Part shown: positions 52,501 through 61,790 of the stretch, piece by piece | How the letters are laid out: each line of letters starts with the position of its first letter | How positions within the stretch are numbered: position 1 is the stretch's first letter | From: a virus | Virus record (IMG/VR): IMGVR_UViG_3300027741_000025 | Location: 64,001 to 128,000 of that record | Length of the DNA stretch: 64,000 nucleotides | Direction: 5' to 3' (one strand) | The notes under the pieces: generated by a model | The model's database searches: none | Told to the model about the DNA's origin: nothing | Seen by the model: only the letters and a program-made list of their open reading frames with translations | Position numbers and translations under genes: made by a program

Positions 52501-53939
52501 ACTTGACAATTAACATCAGATGTTACAGAAGGTGTGGATGTTGGCGTTGAGGTAGATGTTGGCGTTGAGGTAGATGTTGGCGTTGAGGTAGATGTTGGCG
52601 TTGAGGTAGATGTTGGCGTTGAGGTAGATGTTGGCGTTGAGGTAGATGTTGGCGTTGAGGTAGATGTTGGCGTTGAGGTAGATGTTGGCGTTGAGGTAGA
52701 TGTTGGCGTTGAGGTAGATGTTGGCGTTGAGGTAGATGTTGGCGTTGGTATTGGCGTTGAGACGGGTATTAAAGATTTTATCGCCATTGTAAAAGCAGAA
52801 CCAGGACCCACTAAAACCCATGTATCAGATCCTATCTGAACTGGGTCATATCGATCAGAGGTTGTATTGTCTCCAACTTGTCCGCTGGAGTTATATCCCC
52901 ATGCCCATAGTGTACCATCACTCTTTATGGCAGTTCCGTGGTTCCAACCTACTCTTGCTGATATCCAAGCATCGGATCCTATTTGTACAGGATGATCAAC
53001 ATAATAAGGGCTACTTATTCCATTTCCTAGCTGCCCTGATATATTAACTCCCCACACCCACATTGTGCCATTATTTTTTAACGCCACACTATGTTCACCA
53101 ACATGAGCATAAGCCGATTGCCAGTCGGAATCAGATCCTATTTGAACAGGCGAATACCTATCTATGTTTGTTCCATCTCCAAGAGCCCGGGAACTATTTT
53201 TACCCCAAGCCCAGAGTGTACCATCACTTTTTATTGCAACGGTATAATTTCCCCCTGCACTCACCAAATTCCAAGCATCAGATCCTATTTGAACAGGTGA
53301 GTGTTTTCCAACAGTAGTTCCATCTCCAAGTTGTCCGTATGTGTTATCTCCCCAAGCCCATAGTGTACCATCAGTCTTTACTGCAAGAGTGTGTTTAGCT
53401 CCAGTGGTCACAAAATTCCAAGCATCAGATCCTATTTTAATAGGCACAAGACTACCGGTGACTGTTCCATTTCCAAGATTTCCATGTGTATTATCTCCCC
53501 AAGCCCATAATGTTCCGTCATTTTTTATAGCAAGAGTGTGATTGTTTAGAAATTCACCTTTTCCAGTACTTGCCAATTTCCAAGTGTCAGATCCTATTTG
53601 AATAGGCACAAGACTATCAGTGACTGTTCCATTTCCAAGCTTTCCATGTGTATTATCTCCCCAAGCCCATAATGTTCCGTCATTTTTTATAGCAACGGTA
53701 TAGCCATATCCTCCACTAACTGATGTCCAATGATATGATCCTATCTGAACAGGCGAATATCTTTCAGTAGTAGTTCCATCTCCAAGTTGTCCGTATGTGT
53801 TATCTCCCCAAGCCCACAACACTCCGGACGAATTGGTTTGTATTGATAAATCATTTTCAAGATTAATAAAAGGCTTAGGTGTTGATTTTGCAACACTTTG
53901 ATTTTTAGAAACTCTATGTATTTTCTTTATCTCAAACAT
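49398..53939 (-). CDS. Modular fibre-like protein: RCC1 propeller, T/P stalks, crystallin-like, lectin-like and Cys-rich modules
   Basis: [18 protein letters not shown] repeats; [22 protein letters not shown] (beta/gamma-crystallin-like); WQDTGVDV...DPDG...GRLYLRPND; C-terminus shared with 47389-49338. Confidence 0.85.
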   Translation of the reverse strand: MFEIKKIHRVSKNQSVAKSTPKPFINLENDLSIQTNSSGVLWAWGDNTYGQLGDGTTTERYSPVQIGSYHWTSVSGGYGYTVAIKNDGTLWAWGDNTHGKLGNGTVTDSLVPIQIGSDTWKLASTGKGEFLNNHTLAIKNDGTLWAWGDNTHGNLGNGTVTGSLVPIKIGSDAWNFVTTGAKHTLAVKTDGTLWAWGDNTYGQLGDGTTVGKHSPVQIGSDAWNLVSAGGNYTVAIKSDGTLWAWGKNSSRALGDGTNIDRYSPVQIGSDSDWQSAYAHVGEHSVALKNNGTMWVWGVNISGQLGNGISSPYYVDHPVQIGSDAWISARVGWNHGTAIKSDGTLWAWGYNSSGQVGDNTTSDRYDPVQIGSDTWVLVGPGSAFTMAIKSLIPVSTPIPTPTSTSTPTSTSTPTSTSTPTSTSTPTSTSTPTSTSTPTSTSTPTSTSTPTSTSTPTSTSTPTSTSTPTSTPSVTSDVNCQVCFRMACPQKCIVIPPTPKPELGARDVHFTGALFNDHILCTWYERPQFADDHTTNCKLDADDYVSIGEYPDNNLAFNHAANTTFDSIAIYSGSRLTIYSGKNFTGTVVLDVIGPALIWNKYYTVGINTGLKADGIHTILDDMTKEWEPGLNATFPPSKRFGMDPTKGYDMWKWANGSCKIISVDLDSETQLIVPNPASLSVSESELVCENIENKLSSSIIPPVSYINFEKMDIGTITTNFTVDCARDWQDTGVDVLPECTIAISSTGTAVWDEAGDIADPDGIDRDTTPIGLRCFNFGGVSPMPSECHMKLIGRIGSGSPFSVGSSYTGSPGAGRLYLRPNDIYVLDNSGYYYSSITYCPLLPTPTPTATPTTTPAPTATILPKYLCYSNEFCMGYYVTPTPTPTPTTGPCGVCDYYWDIDDVYTVDKDGCNPGCRCPNLSYDSSKHCTSSCTCQVWCEPNPATPTPTPTPTLTATPTLTATPTPTLTATPTPTLTATPTATPTSTPTPTKTPTATPTKTPTPTPTPTATVTLGPTPTPTLTVTPTETPGPTATPTLTATPTETLEPTATPTLTPGPTSTPGCISNLKFVFSACHACDLAKYDFYVGGLVGGTWDESKEIFVEEINLNSFGDAPNIVATSPYSCEADYCCVPDCGAILSVQVVTIPEETIAGLNLIPSEQNCVTMASKLKCLIGPPISRCHTDVTEYIVLSDTNVCLGRGNLANEIDGITFCCGGAITPTPTVTPPPTATPTATPGPETPTPTATGCVCPGFSAFDGSSSTSGTYYKTCTIIDNDLCTPNGTITISYVCGQGQLGSVTAGTGSYNGLVGQTISVPSSWVTSNPLNTATWNSATYDGSCGNALGDKVYWSLSNPVVGGPCPTATPGPTATPTKTPTPTLTKTPTPTATSTPTSTPTSTPTSTLTKTPTPTPTPTPTFTPTPTFTPTPTPTLTKTPAATPAKTPTATPTAIPTNTPPPTATLMTSTVCYDDECKSACEVNYYDGSCYHEVSCSGSGVIKVTFTLGGLLTDCCCATY
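52537..52747. repeat. Perfect 18-bp tandem repeat GATGTTGGCGTTGAGGTA x11 plus a partial unit (encodes TSTPTS)
   Basis: Counted from the sequence. Confidence 0.95.
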
Positions 53940-53969
53940 ACTTTATATATCAGTTATTAAACAAATAAA

Positions 53970-54614
53970 TCAAGGAGATATAACTCTAATTAAACTTCCA
54001 TAAATAATTGCATAACCTGTATGAGAGTCAGCAGTGCTAGGTTTTGACACACTAAAACTAACTATAGTTCCCTCATAAATTGCATTTTGTGGAATTTCCA
54101 AAACATGCCTTGCTCCCGAACTGTTACTCTGAAGTATGGAGTCTTGGTAATAAGCCTGATAATCTTGATGATTTCCAAACCTTATCACAGGACTATCTCC
54201 AGGAGATTGTATTGTTTTGGTCACAATCTCCATGGAATCTATTAAAAACATAAAATCAGGGGGAACTTCAAATATATCCGTCTCTACGATAGTTTTAAAA
54301 TCTATTACCGAAGATCTGACTGAGGTCTTTTGAACAAAATCAGCATTATCACCTAAAATTAAAGGACTTGACGCTTGATTTGCATAGTTTAATTGTGACC
54401 AATAGTGTATTCCGTCGCCTATTTTGTACAAACCTGTGTCTATTTCAAAACCAGGCTCACCAGAATCCAACAAAGGATCTTTATTAATCCACTCTTGGGC
54501 GGTTCCTCTTCTGAATTGAATTAATGCTTTTAATTCTCTTTGATAACTCACCTCGCGTGGCGTGATAGAATTTGATACTCTTGGTCTTAATTCGCTCATT
54601 TTTTGCTCCATCAA
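53970..54614 (-). CDS. Mtd_N-domain virion protein
   Basis: [32 protein letters not shown]...W..L.Y. Confidence 0.75.
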   Translation of the reverse strand: MMEQKMSELRPRVSNSITPREVSYQRELKALIQFRRGTAQEWINKDPLLDSGEPGFEIDTGLYKIGDGIHYWSQLNYANQASSPLILGDNADFVQKTSVRSSVIDFKTIVETDIFEVPPDFMFLIDSMEIVTKTIQSPGDSPVIRFGNHQDYQAYYQDSILQSNSSGARHVLEIPQNAIYEGTIVSFSVSKPSTADSHTGYAIIYGSLIRVISP

Positions 54615-54657
54615 TTTTGATGTTTAATTTATATATGAAAAATTAATATATAAATAT

Positions 54658-55179
54658 ATGGACTATACATTTGTTGGTAATGGAAAATTAAGATTTTTTG
54701 GTTGTCCCATAATAAATGTTGAAAAACTTTACCCATCAAAGTTTTCAATAGGAGAAATTCTGTACCCAATAAGAAAAGCCAGATTGGGAATATTAGAAAA
54801 AGTGGCAATCAAAAAGGTCCTTTTGAATTTCAAAGACAGCCAACCAATTTTTATTTATAAAGACACATTCAATAGTCTTCATGAAGAAGAAGAGCTTTGT
54901 AGATACTTAGAAGCCCAACAAGAAGTCGAAAGCTTTAATTCTTATGTAGAAGCACTATTAATGAACAGTGGTGGATGTGGAGTAACAGAATACTTCACAA
55001 ATGTTACTGCTTCCTCAAGAACAACAATGGGAACAACAAGAACTTTAAGAAAGCTTAAGGCACTTATCAATAATCTACGCTCAGATAACTTTAAAACAGG
55101 ATATATTGATAATGATGTAAAGGCATCAGAAATAATTAAGGAAATAGACTCGCTACTGTTAGATGGAGGCTCACCCTGA
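54658..55179 (+). CDS. Hypothetical protein ending in DGGSP
   Basis: 173-aa ORF; TATATA 5 nt upstream. Confidence 0.65.
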   Translation: MDYTFVGNGKLRFFGCPIINVEKLYPSKFSIGEILYPIRKARLGILEKVAIKKVLLNFKDSQPIFIYKDTFNSLHEEEELCRYLEAQQEVESFNSYVEALLMNSGGCGVTEYFTNVTASSRTTMGTTRTLRKLKALINNLRSDNFKTGYIDNDVKASEIIKEIDSLLLDGGSP

Positions 55180-55197
55180 TATAGAAAGGATTCTATT

Positions 55198-55377
55198 GTG
55201 CGCAATTTACCAAAAAAAATAAAAGATTTAAATAATAATAAACAAGAAATAAAAAACGTTACAACCTATTGCACAAACAATAAAAACTGCAAGTATAAAC
55301 TATCTTCGCCAGTTGCATTAAGGGGTATAGAAGAAAAATATAGAAGAAACATCAAATTTGATGGTGGATCACCATAA
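55198..55377 (+). CDS. 59-aa protein ending in DGGSP (not in ORF track)
   Basis: GAAAGGA SD, GTG start, MRNLPKKIK...NIKFDGGSP*. Confidence 0.6.
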   Translation: MRNLPKKIKDLNNNKQEIKNVTTYCTNNKNCKYKLSSPVALRGIEEKYRRNIKFDGGSP

Positions 55378-55902
55378 TTATTCAGAAATGATTTCTATAT
55401 CGCCAGAAGGATTTTCTGTCAGAAGCTTTTCTTCTTGAACTTGAGTTTCTTCAGTCTCGATTTGCTCCAGTTTTCCAGCCTCGGTAACTACATCTGGCTG
55501 ATCTAGGATTAATTTTTCTTTCATTTTAGTTTTAGATCCTTTTTTTGCTTTTTTCTTTTTAGCTCTCTTAGCCTTTTTTTTATCTTTATTATTTATTAAA
55601 CCATCCTCTTTTTTTTCATGATTTATTTTAATTTCTTCAACAATTTCTTCTGTTTTGGCTTCTTCTTTGACTTCTTCAATCAATTTTAGTAAACATATTG
55701 GTGTTTTAACCAGTGTCATAAAATAGCTATCGCCCTTAAACCTTCTTCTTGGTCCAACCCTGGTAAATCCTTCAATCGAAGGCTTTGGAAGAGACAAGTC
55801 TGCGTCGGTATTGTTTTCATAAATAAAAACACCTTCTCCAGCCATCAACCTTGTCATTTTTTCTTTTTTCTTTTCAGCAGATAATTTTTTACCGTATTTC
55901 AT
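55378..55902 (-). CDS. Hypothetical charged protein
   Basis: 174-aa ORF with GAGG SD; Lys-rich and acidic tracts. Confidence 0.65.
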   Translation of the reverse strand: MKYGKKLSAEKKKEKMTRLMAGEGVFIYENNTDADLSLPKPSIEGFTRVGPRRRFKGDSYFMTLVKTPICLLKLIEEVKEEAKTEEIVEEIKINHEKKEDGLINNKDKKKAKRAKKKKAKKGSKTKMKEKLILDQPDVVTEAGKLEQIETEETQVQEEKLLTENPSGDIEIISE

Positions 55903-55941
55903 TTTTTTCCTCTATGTCTTTAGATGAGTATAAAATACTAA

Positions 55942-56370
55942 TTAATCTTGAATTTTAAATATTCCAGATCTTATTCTTTTGATTTCTTTTCCATCTTTTT
56001 TATATAACTTTTTAATATTATTCAAATAATTATATAAATTTGCTGTTGTTACATCATAATCTTTAAATTTGTTTTTAAGATTATTGAAATTCAAAAAACT
56101 ATCTTTTTCAAAAGACTTCATAATATATGATTTTATATCATTGGAAAGATTGTCGTTTTTCTTTGAAATTTTCTTATCATTAAAAGTGTGATCAGATATA
56201 GCAGCTGATAAATTCTTTAAAGAAAGCGTTTTCTGTCCTTTAAAAACAACTTTTGCAATTTCTTTAAAAAGAATCTTTTTAAATTTTGAAATTTTTGAGT
56301 AATTATTAAAATTCAAATAAAGATTTCTTTCATCAAACGTTTTTATTCTTAAGCAATATTTTTTGTTCAT
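55942..56370 (-). CDS. Hypothetical basic protein, possible C-terminal winged helix
   Basis: C-terminal helices followed by IKRIRSGIFKI hairpin. Confidence 0.5.
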   Translation of the reverse strand: MNKKYCLRIKTFDERNLYLNFNNYSKISKFKKILFKEIAKVVFKGQKTLSLKNLSAAISDHTFNDKKISKKNDNLSNDIKSYIMKSFEKDSFLNFNNLKNKFKDYDVTTANLYNYLNNIKKLYKKDGKEIKRIRSGIFKIQD

Positions 56371-56419
56371 TGAATTTTCCTAATTTAGGATTATAATATA
56401 TATAAATTCCGAAATCAAG

Positions 56420-56887
56420 ATGGATAAATATAGTATGGCTAATAAAGTTGAAGAAGCAATCAGTAGAATGAAAAAAATAGCACAAATGCTAATTCCAAAA
56501 ACATTCCCAAATGTTTCTATGGACTATGATCAAGATCTGCTTGTATTAAAATCTTCTGAGCTAGTTGTTGATGGGTATACCGTTGTTTTATTTCATTCGA
56601 TTTCTGATTTTACAGATCATAAAATAAAATCATTACAAATACATTCAAAAAATCATCAATTTTTACCTTTCAATGTTGCTTGTAAAATAGCAAAAAAGTT
56701 TCTTGGAAATAAATACATATCCTTAATAGAAATTTTTTCAAATAACAGAAAAATTTATTGCTGGACCCAGGTTTGTGATGAAAAAGAAAATCCAATAATG
56801 AATCCATATAGTGGAGAATATGAACATAAAGAGTTTGGGGACTTTGATTACTATTTATTAGAACCAAACAATGTAAATTTCTATTAG
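56420..56887 (+). CDS. Hypothetical protein
   Basis: 155-aa ORF with normal composition. Confidence 0.65.
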   Translation: MDKYSMANKVEEAISRMKKIAQMLIPKTFPNVSMDYDQDLLVLKSSELVVDGYTVVLFHSISDFTDHKIKSLQIHSKNHQFLPFNVACKIAKKFLGNKYISLIEIFSNNRKIYCWTQVCDEKENPIMNPYSGEYEHKEFGDFDYYLLEPNNVNFY

Positions 56888-56966
56888 TCTATTGAACAAA
56901 TAAAATAACTTTGCTAAACTACATTTGAGTGTTCTTTTTTTGTTTGTTACTTTTTAAGGAAAATTT

Positions 56967-57224
56967 ATGAAGAATCCAGATAATTTTATAAAAGAATATG
57001 TTATTAATTTAAATGAAGAAGATATAAAATTCTTATATTTGAGACTATCCGAAAGACTCTTGGGTGATATAAGCGAAGCTGTAAATTTTTTAGACAAAAA
57101 TAATGATTTTTCGAAGTGGTTTTATGGTGCTAAATCTTCTAACGACCTATACGATATGGTTGACAAAGTGTTCAAGTTTGTAGAAAAAGAACATAATAAA
57201 AGATTCCAGTTAATCAAAAATTGA
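56967..57224 (+). CDS. Hypothetical protein
   Basis: AAGGA SD; 85 aa, helical. Confidence 0.65.
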   Translation: MKNPDNFIKEYVINLNEEDIKFLYLRLSERLLGDISEAVNFLDKNNDFSKWFYGAKSSNDLYDMVDKVFKFVEKEHNKRFQLIKN

Positions 57225-57274
57225 TTTGTCCAACTGTTGTTTGTTGGACTGTTACTCTTATTGGAATCTTGAAA

Positions 57275-59317
57275 ATGGGCGAATTAATAGAAATTTCAGA
57301 CAGTGATACTATCTACCCAACCAAAAAGTATCCTCACGCAACTTGGGATTTTGAAAACTTTAATTGTGTCCAATCAAGACTATTAGAATATTATGAAAAA
57401 GATATAAATGGAATTGTCGCAGCAAATACAAGTGCAGGCAAAACTGTTTGTTCTGAACTCTTTTTAGCTGATGAGATCAGGAGAAGAGGTGGCAAAGGAA
57501 TGATGCTGGTGCCTATCAAGGCGCTGGCTCAAGAGCGATATGACGATTGGACAAGCAAAGAGCATCATTTTTCTGATTTAAAAACAGCAATATGTACAGG
57601 AGACTATAAGCTAGGAAAGGAAGATTCGTTAGATGATGCAGATCTAATCATAATGACTTCTGAGATGCTTAATAGCAAAAGCAGAAATAAAAATAATGAA
57701 TTCATTAAATCTGTCAAGACATTGATAATTGATGAAAGTCATTTGATTACAACTCCAGGCAGAGGAGACCACATAGAAGTTGGTTTGATAAACTTCTCAG
57801 AATTAAATCCAGACGCAAGAATTATTCTGCTATCTGCGACAATGCCAAATGTAAATGAAATAGCAAATTGGCTTCGTCAACTGATGCCGAATAAAGATTG
57901 TTTTATATTGAATTCAAAATATCGTCCTTGTCCACTAAACGTTCATTATGAAATATATGATGACGACAATAAAACCTATGATCGGAATGAACAAGAAAAA
58001 GTATTTAAAGCAATCGAGATAGTAAAATACTATCCAGAAGATAAATTCATTATATTTGTACACACAAAGAAAACAGGCGAAAGCATAAAAAACAATCTGT
58101 TGAAAGATAAAATTGAAACAGAATTCCATAATGCAAATCTCGAAAAAGCTAAACGAGTTGCACTAGAAGATAAATTCAAAAACGATCCAAAATTCAGAGT
58201 AATAATTGCAACATCTACACTTGCATGTGGTCTTAATCTTCCTGCTAGGCGGGTGGTCATAGCTGGTGTTCATAGGGGATTGGAAGAGGTGGAGACCTAC
58301 AATATCATTCAAATGTGTGGTAGAGCAGGGCGACCAAGATTCGACAAAGCAGGTGATGCTTACATACTACTTCCAGAATCTACTTTTGATAAACACAAAG
58401 AAAGACTGCGTAGAAAAGAAAAAATTGAATCTCAGTTGCTTAAAAACGACTTTGGACACTACAAAGTATTAGCGTTTCATCTGGTGAATGAAATCAACAA
58501 CAAATCTATCAAAACAACTGAAGACATACATGCTTGGTATGAAAAGACACTGTGTAACTTTCAATCAAAAAGTCTAAACACATCTATTTTAGATAAAACA
58601 ATAGAATCTCTCGTCAAAAGAGGAATCATATACAAATATGAAGATCAGTGGAAAACAACAATAGTTGGAAAAATATCCAGCATGTACTATTATGCTCCGT
58701 TTGATGTTGCCGATTTAAAATCTAATTTACAAACAATAACACAATACAACCTTTTTAATAATGACTATCTACTTTCATTTTTCTTAGGAAATATAGATTC
58801 AAATAAATCTGGCATCTTGTCTAGGGCGGAGAAAGATGAAATTTCTCTTTATAACTCAAGATTAGAAGGACACTTAAAACAGCTTGGGATAAAAGTATTT
58901 AAAACAGACAGTAGCATAAAATATGCTGCGTGTTATTATAATTTATTGATGGGTTTGCCCAGTCCAAACATGAGCAATGTTTTAAGAGGACTTCAAATGG
59001 ACTTCCCCAGAACTCTTGAAGTATTAAAACAAATCAACAACATGGATCTTAAAGAAAATATAAGAGAAGATCTTGAAGTTGTTGGATTAAGAATTCAAAA
59101 TGGAGTTCCAAGACATCTTGTGAATCTTTGTAGAATTAAGAATATTGGCAAGCAAAGAGCCAAAAAGCTTTATGAATCAAACATTAAAGATATAGCAGGA
59201 ATTATAGAAGCCCCTGTTGCTAAGCTGAAGACGTTATTGAATATGAAGGAAGATAAAATCAAAGAAATAATAGAAGATGCCAAAAAACTATCCGCATCCA
59301 CAGCTATTTTTGCCTAA
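57275..59317 (+). CDS. Ski2-like SF2 helicase (Hel308/Hjm-like)
   Basis: ANTSAGKT, VPIKALA, IIDESH, LSAT, ATSTLACGLNLPA, QMCGRAGRP; C-terminal HhH IKNIGKQRAKKLY. Start moved to MGELIE. Confidence 0.9.
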   Translation: MGELIEISDSDTIYPTKKYPHATWDFENFNCVQSRLLEYYEKDINGIVAANTSAGKTVCSELFLADEIRRRGGKGMMLVPIKALAQERYDDWTSKEHHFSDLKTAICTGDYKLGKEDSLDDADLIIMTSEMLNSKSRNKNNEFIKSVKTLIIDESHLITTPGRGDHIEVGLINFSELNPDARIILLSATMPNVNEIANWLRQLMPNKDCFILNSKYRPCPLNVHYEIYDDDNKTYDRNEQEKVFKAIEIVKYYPEDKFIIFVHTKKTGESIKNNLLKDKIETEFHNANLEKAKRVALEDKFKNDPKFRVIIATSTLACGLNLPARRVVIAGVHRGLEEVETYNIIQMCGRAGRPRFDKAGDAYILLPESTFDKHKERLRRKEKIESQLLKNDFGHYKVLAFHLVNEINNKSIKTTEDIHAWYEKTLCNFQSKSLNTSILDKTIESLVKRGIIYKYEDQWKTTIVGKISSMYYYAPFDVADLKSNLQTITQYNLFNNDYLLSFFLGNIDSNKSGILSRAEKDEISLYNSRLEGHLKQLGIKVFKTDSSIKYAACYYNLLMGLPSPNMSNVLRGLQMDFPRTLEVLKQINNMDLKENIREDLEVVGLRIQNGVPRHLVNLCRIKNIGKQRAKKLYESNIKDIAGIIEAPVAKLKTLLNMKEDKIKEIIEDAKKLSASTAIFA

Positions 59318-60565
59318 ATTAGGATTTATTTCTATTTGATAAACACCTGTTTCGATATTTTTTAATAGTCTATAAGGTTGTAGGAAACCTTTGTAACATG
59401 GTCCTGGTTGAAATCCTCCGGGGGTAGTGTTTGTTTTGGTACATTTACATTTCCCTTGTGGATAAATGATTAAATATTCTCCATCTGAAACGAAAGCTGT
59501 GCTTACCTGATTATTTATAACCAAGGCAAAGCTGCTACAAGAACTACAGAATCCACTTATAACACCTGCGAATATAACACCATCGCCTACGGCATACATT
59601 CTTCCAGTTGATGACTCAAATTCTAAGCAGCAGCCTGTGGTCCTAATTTGTGCAGTTATATTACAACTTGTTGCTTGAGTAGATAAAATAGGCTCTGATT
59701 GTATTTTAGTATTTTCTGTCGCCAAGATTGATTTATAAGAATCTGTTTGTATAAAACTTTTGCTCAAACACGGAAGTGTTTTAAGTACCCAACTACCTCC
59801 AACTTCTCCACCATATCCATTATCTTTTCCGCCAAAAGTTACAGAATTTCCAGGCTGCAAAAGTTTTTCATAGCTATATCCGTGGCTACCGTTGTCTCCA
59901 TCTACACTACCACAAACGCCATAGCCGCTCCAATTAAATGGAAACTCGCCAGGTTGATATATATCGCCATTAATTATAACTTCATCATTAGCCCCACCAA
60001 AAACCGTCAATAAAGCAGGGACTCTAAAGTTATTAGTTACAACATACACATTATCAATACGCTGACAATCTGCTAATCCTGCACTAAAAGATCCGCTCTC
60101 GGTTAAACAATCACCTGGGCAGTTATTATCAGGCACTGGGCAGGATATTGAGTAATCCCATCGAGTTCCTCCATCAGGATTAGCTTTAACGCTAACGCTA
60201 ATTGCTGTTACTCCTGCTTCTTTACAAAACCTGATCTCTTTACCACCAGATACTGGTCCTGTGTCTACGTATACTTTTCCGTTACTACCTTGTACTTTAA
60301 AACTGTCTGGCACCGCATATGCATTATAGATAAAAGTAACAATACCGGCATATGATGGGAATGTATAGATGTCAAATGCATCTTTGTTTTCACCAGATGA
60401 TGTGGATGTTCCGCATGGCTTTTGATCTTGAGTAACACAATTAAAATCAAAATTTATATAATCATAACAATCTTGTTTTAATACACCAGGAAATTCGCAC
60501 TTATCCCAATGCCCAGTTACACCTCTTGCATATGGTGGATTACACGTCATCATTCTCCTTGCCAA
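59288..60565 (-). CDS. Cys-rich beta-sandwich protein, probable virion/surface protein
   Basis: Many Cys/Gly; FIYNAYAVPDSF...DTGPVSG...GTRWDYSISCP module; no signal peptide. Confidence 0.6.
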   Translation of the reverse strand: MARRMMTCNPPYARGVTGHWDKCEFPGVLKQDCYDYINFDFNCVTQDQKPCGTSTSSGENKDAFDIYTFPSYAGIVTFIYNAYAVPDSFKVQGSNGKVYVDTGPVSGGKEIRFCKEAGVTAISVSVKANPDGGTRWDYSISCPVPDNNCPGDCLTESGSFSAGLADCQRIDNVYVVTNNFRVPALLTVFGGANDEVIINGDIYQPGEFPFNWSGYGVCGSVDGDNGSHGYSYEKLLQPGNSVTFGGKDNGYGGEVGGSWVLKTLPCLSKSFIQTDSYKSILATENTKIQSEPILSTQATSCNITAQIRTTGCCLEFESSTGRMYAVGDGVIFAGVISGFCSSCSSFALVINNQVSTAFVSDGEYLIIYPQGKCKCTKTNTTPGGFQPGPCYKGFLQPYRLLKNIETGVYQIEINPNLGKNSCGCG

Positions 60566-60809
60566 AGAAACCTTCTGGGTATTCTATTTTGACTTTATTT
60601 TTATCTTCTTTATCTTCAAACCATCTAACTTGATCTACTTGTATTTGCAACTCCTCTAGATGGCAATTATCTTCGGGAAACACAGGTAAATTTCTATGCG
60701 TCCCATCAATTAATATAGCTACTTTACACTCCATTTTTTTTCTGTTAAAAAGAAAACAGTTTTTACATTTGTGTTCCATAATGCTTTTTGCTAAAATAGC
60801 CCCTCGCAC
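60540..60809 (-). CDS. Small Cys-containing hypothetical protein (start likely 60779)
   Basis: CKNC...C...C pattern. Confidence 0.55.
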   Translation of the reverse strand: MRGAILAKSIMEHKCKNCFLFNRKKMECKVAILIDGTHRNLPVFPEDNCHLEELQIQVDQVRWFEDKEDKNKVKIEYPEGFFGKENDDV

Positions 60810-60827
60810 ACTTAATAGAGTAAAAAC

Positions 60828-61790
60828 ATGATAATATCCATCTCTGGGCGTAAGCTGAGCGGGAAAACAACACTTGCAAATGAAGCTATTAAAAAAGGCT
60901 TCATAAAAATCAGTTTTGCAGACAAATTAAAAAGAATAACATCAGAATTGATAAAATGCCCAGTAGAAGATCTTAGCGATCCCATCAAAAAAGAAGAAAA
61001 ATTCAAGACACCATTACATTGGTTAGATTTAAAAGATAAATTGGAAAAAATTCTAAATTTATCTTTGACTAATGGTATTAAAAACGAATTGCTTGAAAGT
61101 AAAAGAGATGTATTGCAATTTGTTGGAACAGAAGTTCTTAGAAGAGTAGATTCAGAGTATCATGTAAATTCTTTAAGAGAGCAAATAGAACCAAATAAAA
61201 ATTACGTGACTGATGACTGCCGTTTCTTAAACGAATTTCAACTTTTATCAAGTCTTGGCGCTGTTAGCATATTAGTGATTCGTCCATCTCATATGGTTTA
61301 TAGTAATCATGAAAGTGAAACGGCATTAAACAGAAAATATTTCAAAAAAATAATCAAAAACAATCAATCAAAAGAAAAATTTGTGGAGATGTTTAATAGA
61401 TTTCTTGACAACAAAACTGACCTTGAAGGAACTATTTCGAGCCGAACAGGCGGACCACTTGATGAATTTTTCTTAAATGAAACGCAAGAGTCTTGCTATG
61501 CAAGTGGTGTTCTTTACTCATGTAGCAGCTTGATCGCTCAGAATGGGAGTAATTTAATTGCATTTAATACAAAAATAAATATTCCAAAACCAATAGATCT
61601 GTTTAGTTTTGACGGAGATCAAAAAATCATTGATCATGAAATATATTTAGATGATTTTAAGAGATGGAATATATTAAAAGAAAATAAGGATATGAACTTG
61701 TATCCAGAAATACTTGAAAATAAAGAAAAATTAAAAGAATACTGGCGGAAGGGAATTCAAGATGGCTTAGCTTCTAAAACAAGTCGTTAA
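60828..61790 (+). CDS. Deoxynucleoside monophosphate kinase with a C-terminal degenerate LAGLIDADG-like region
   Basis: ISGRKLSGKTT, SFADKLK, RDVLQFVGTEVLR, VTDDCRFLNE, HESE. Confidence 0.85.
   Translation: MIISISGRKLSGKTTLANEAIKKGFIKISFADKLKRITSELIKCPVEDLSDPIKKEEKFKTPLHWLDLKDKLEKILNLSLTNGIKNELLESKRDVLQFVGTEVLRRVDSEYHVNSLREQIEPNKNYVTDDCRFLNEFQLLSSLGAVSILVIRPSHMVYSNHESETALNRKYFKKIIKNNQSKEKFVEMFNRFLDNKTDLEGTISSRTGGPLDEFFLNETQESCYASGVLYSCSSLIAQNGSNLIAFNTKINIPKPIDLFSFDGDQKIIDHEIYLDDFKRWNILKENKDMNLYPEILENKEKLKEYWRKGIQDGLASKTSR

Noticed and set aside
52537-52747. CRISPR array
   Set aside because: Head-to-tail units without unique spacers, in frame inside a CDS; no cas genes. The same holds for all other repeat blocks.
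21775-52839. VGVGV-, HQHQ- and NANIYL-repeat ORFs (e.g. 21775, 21833, 24074, 28080, 47469, 49567, 50752, 52516, 52534)
   Set aside because: Stop-free alternative frames of the T/P repeats; no SD or independent coding signal.
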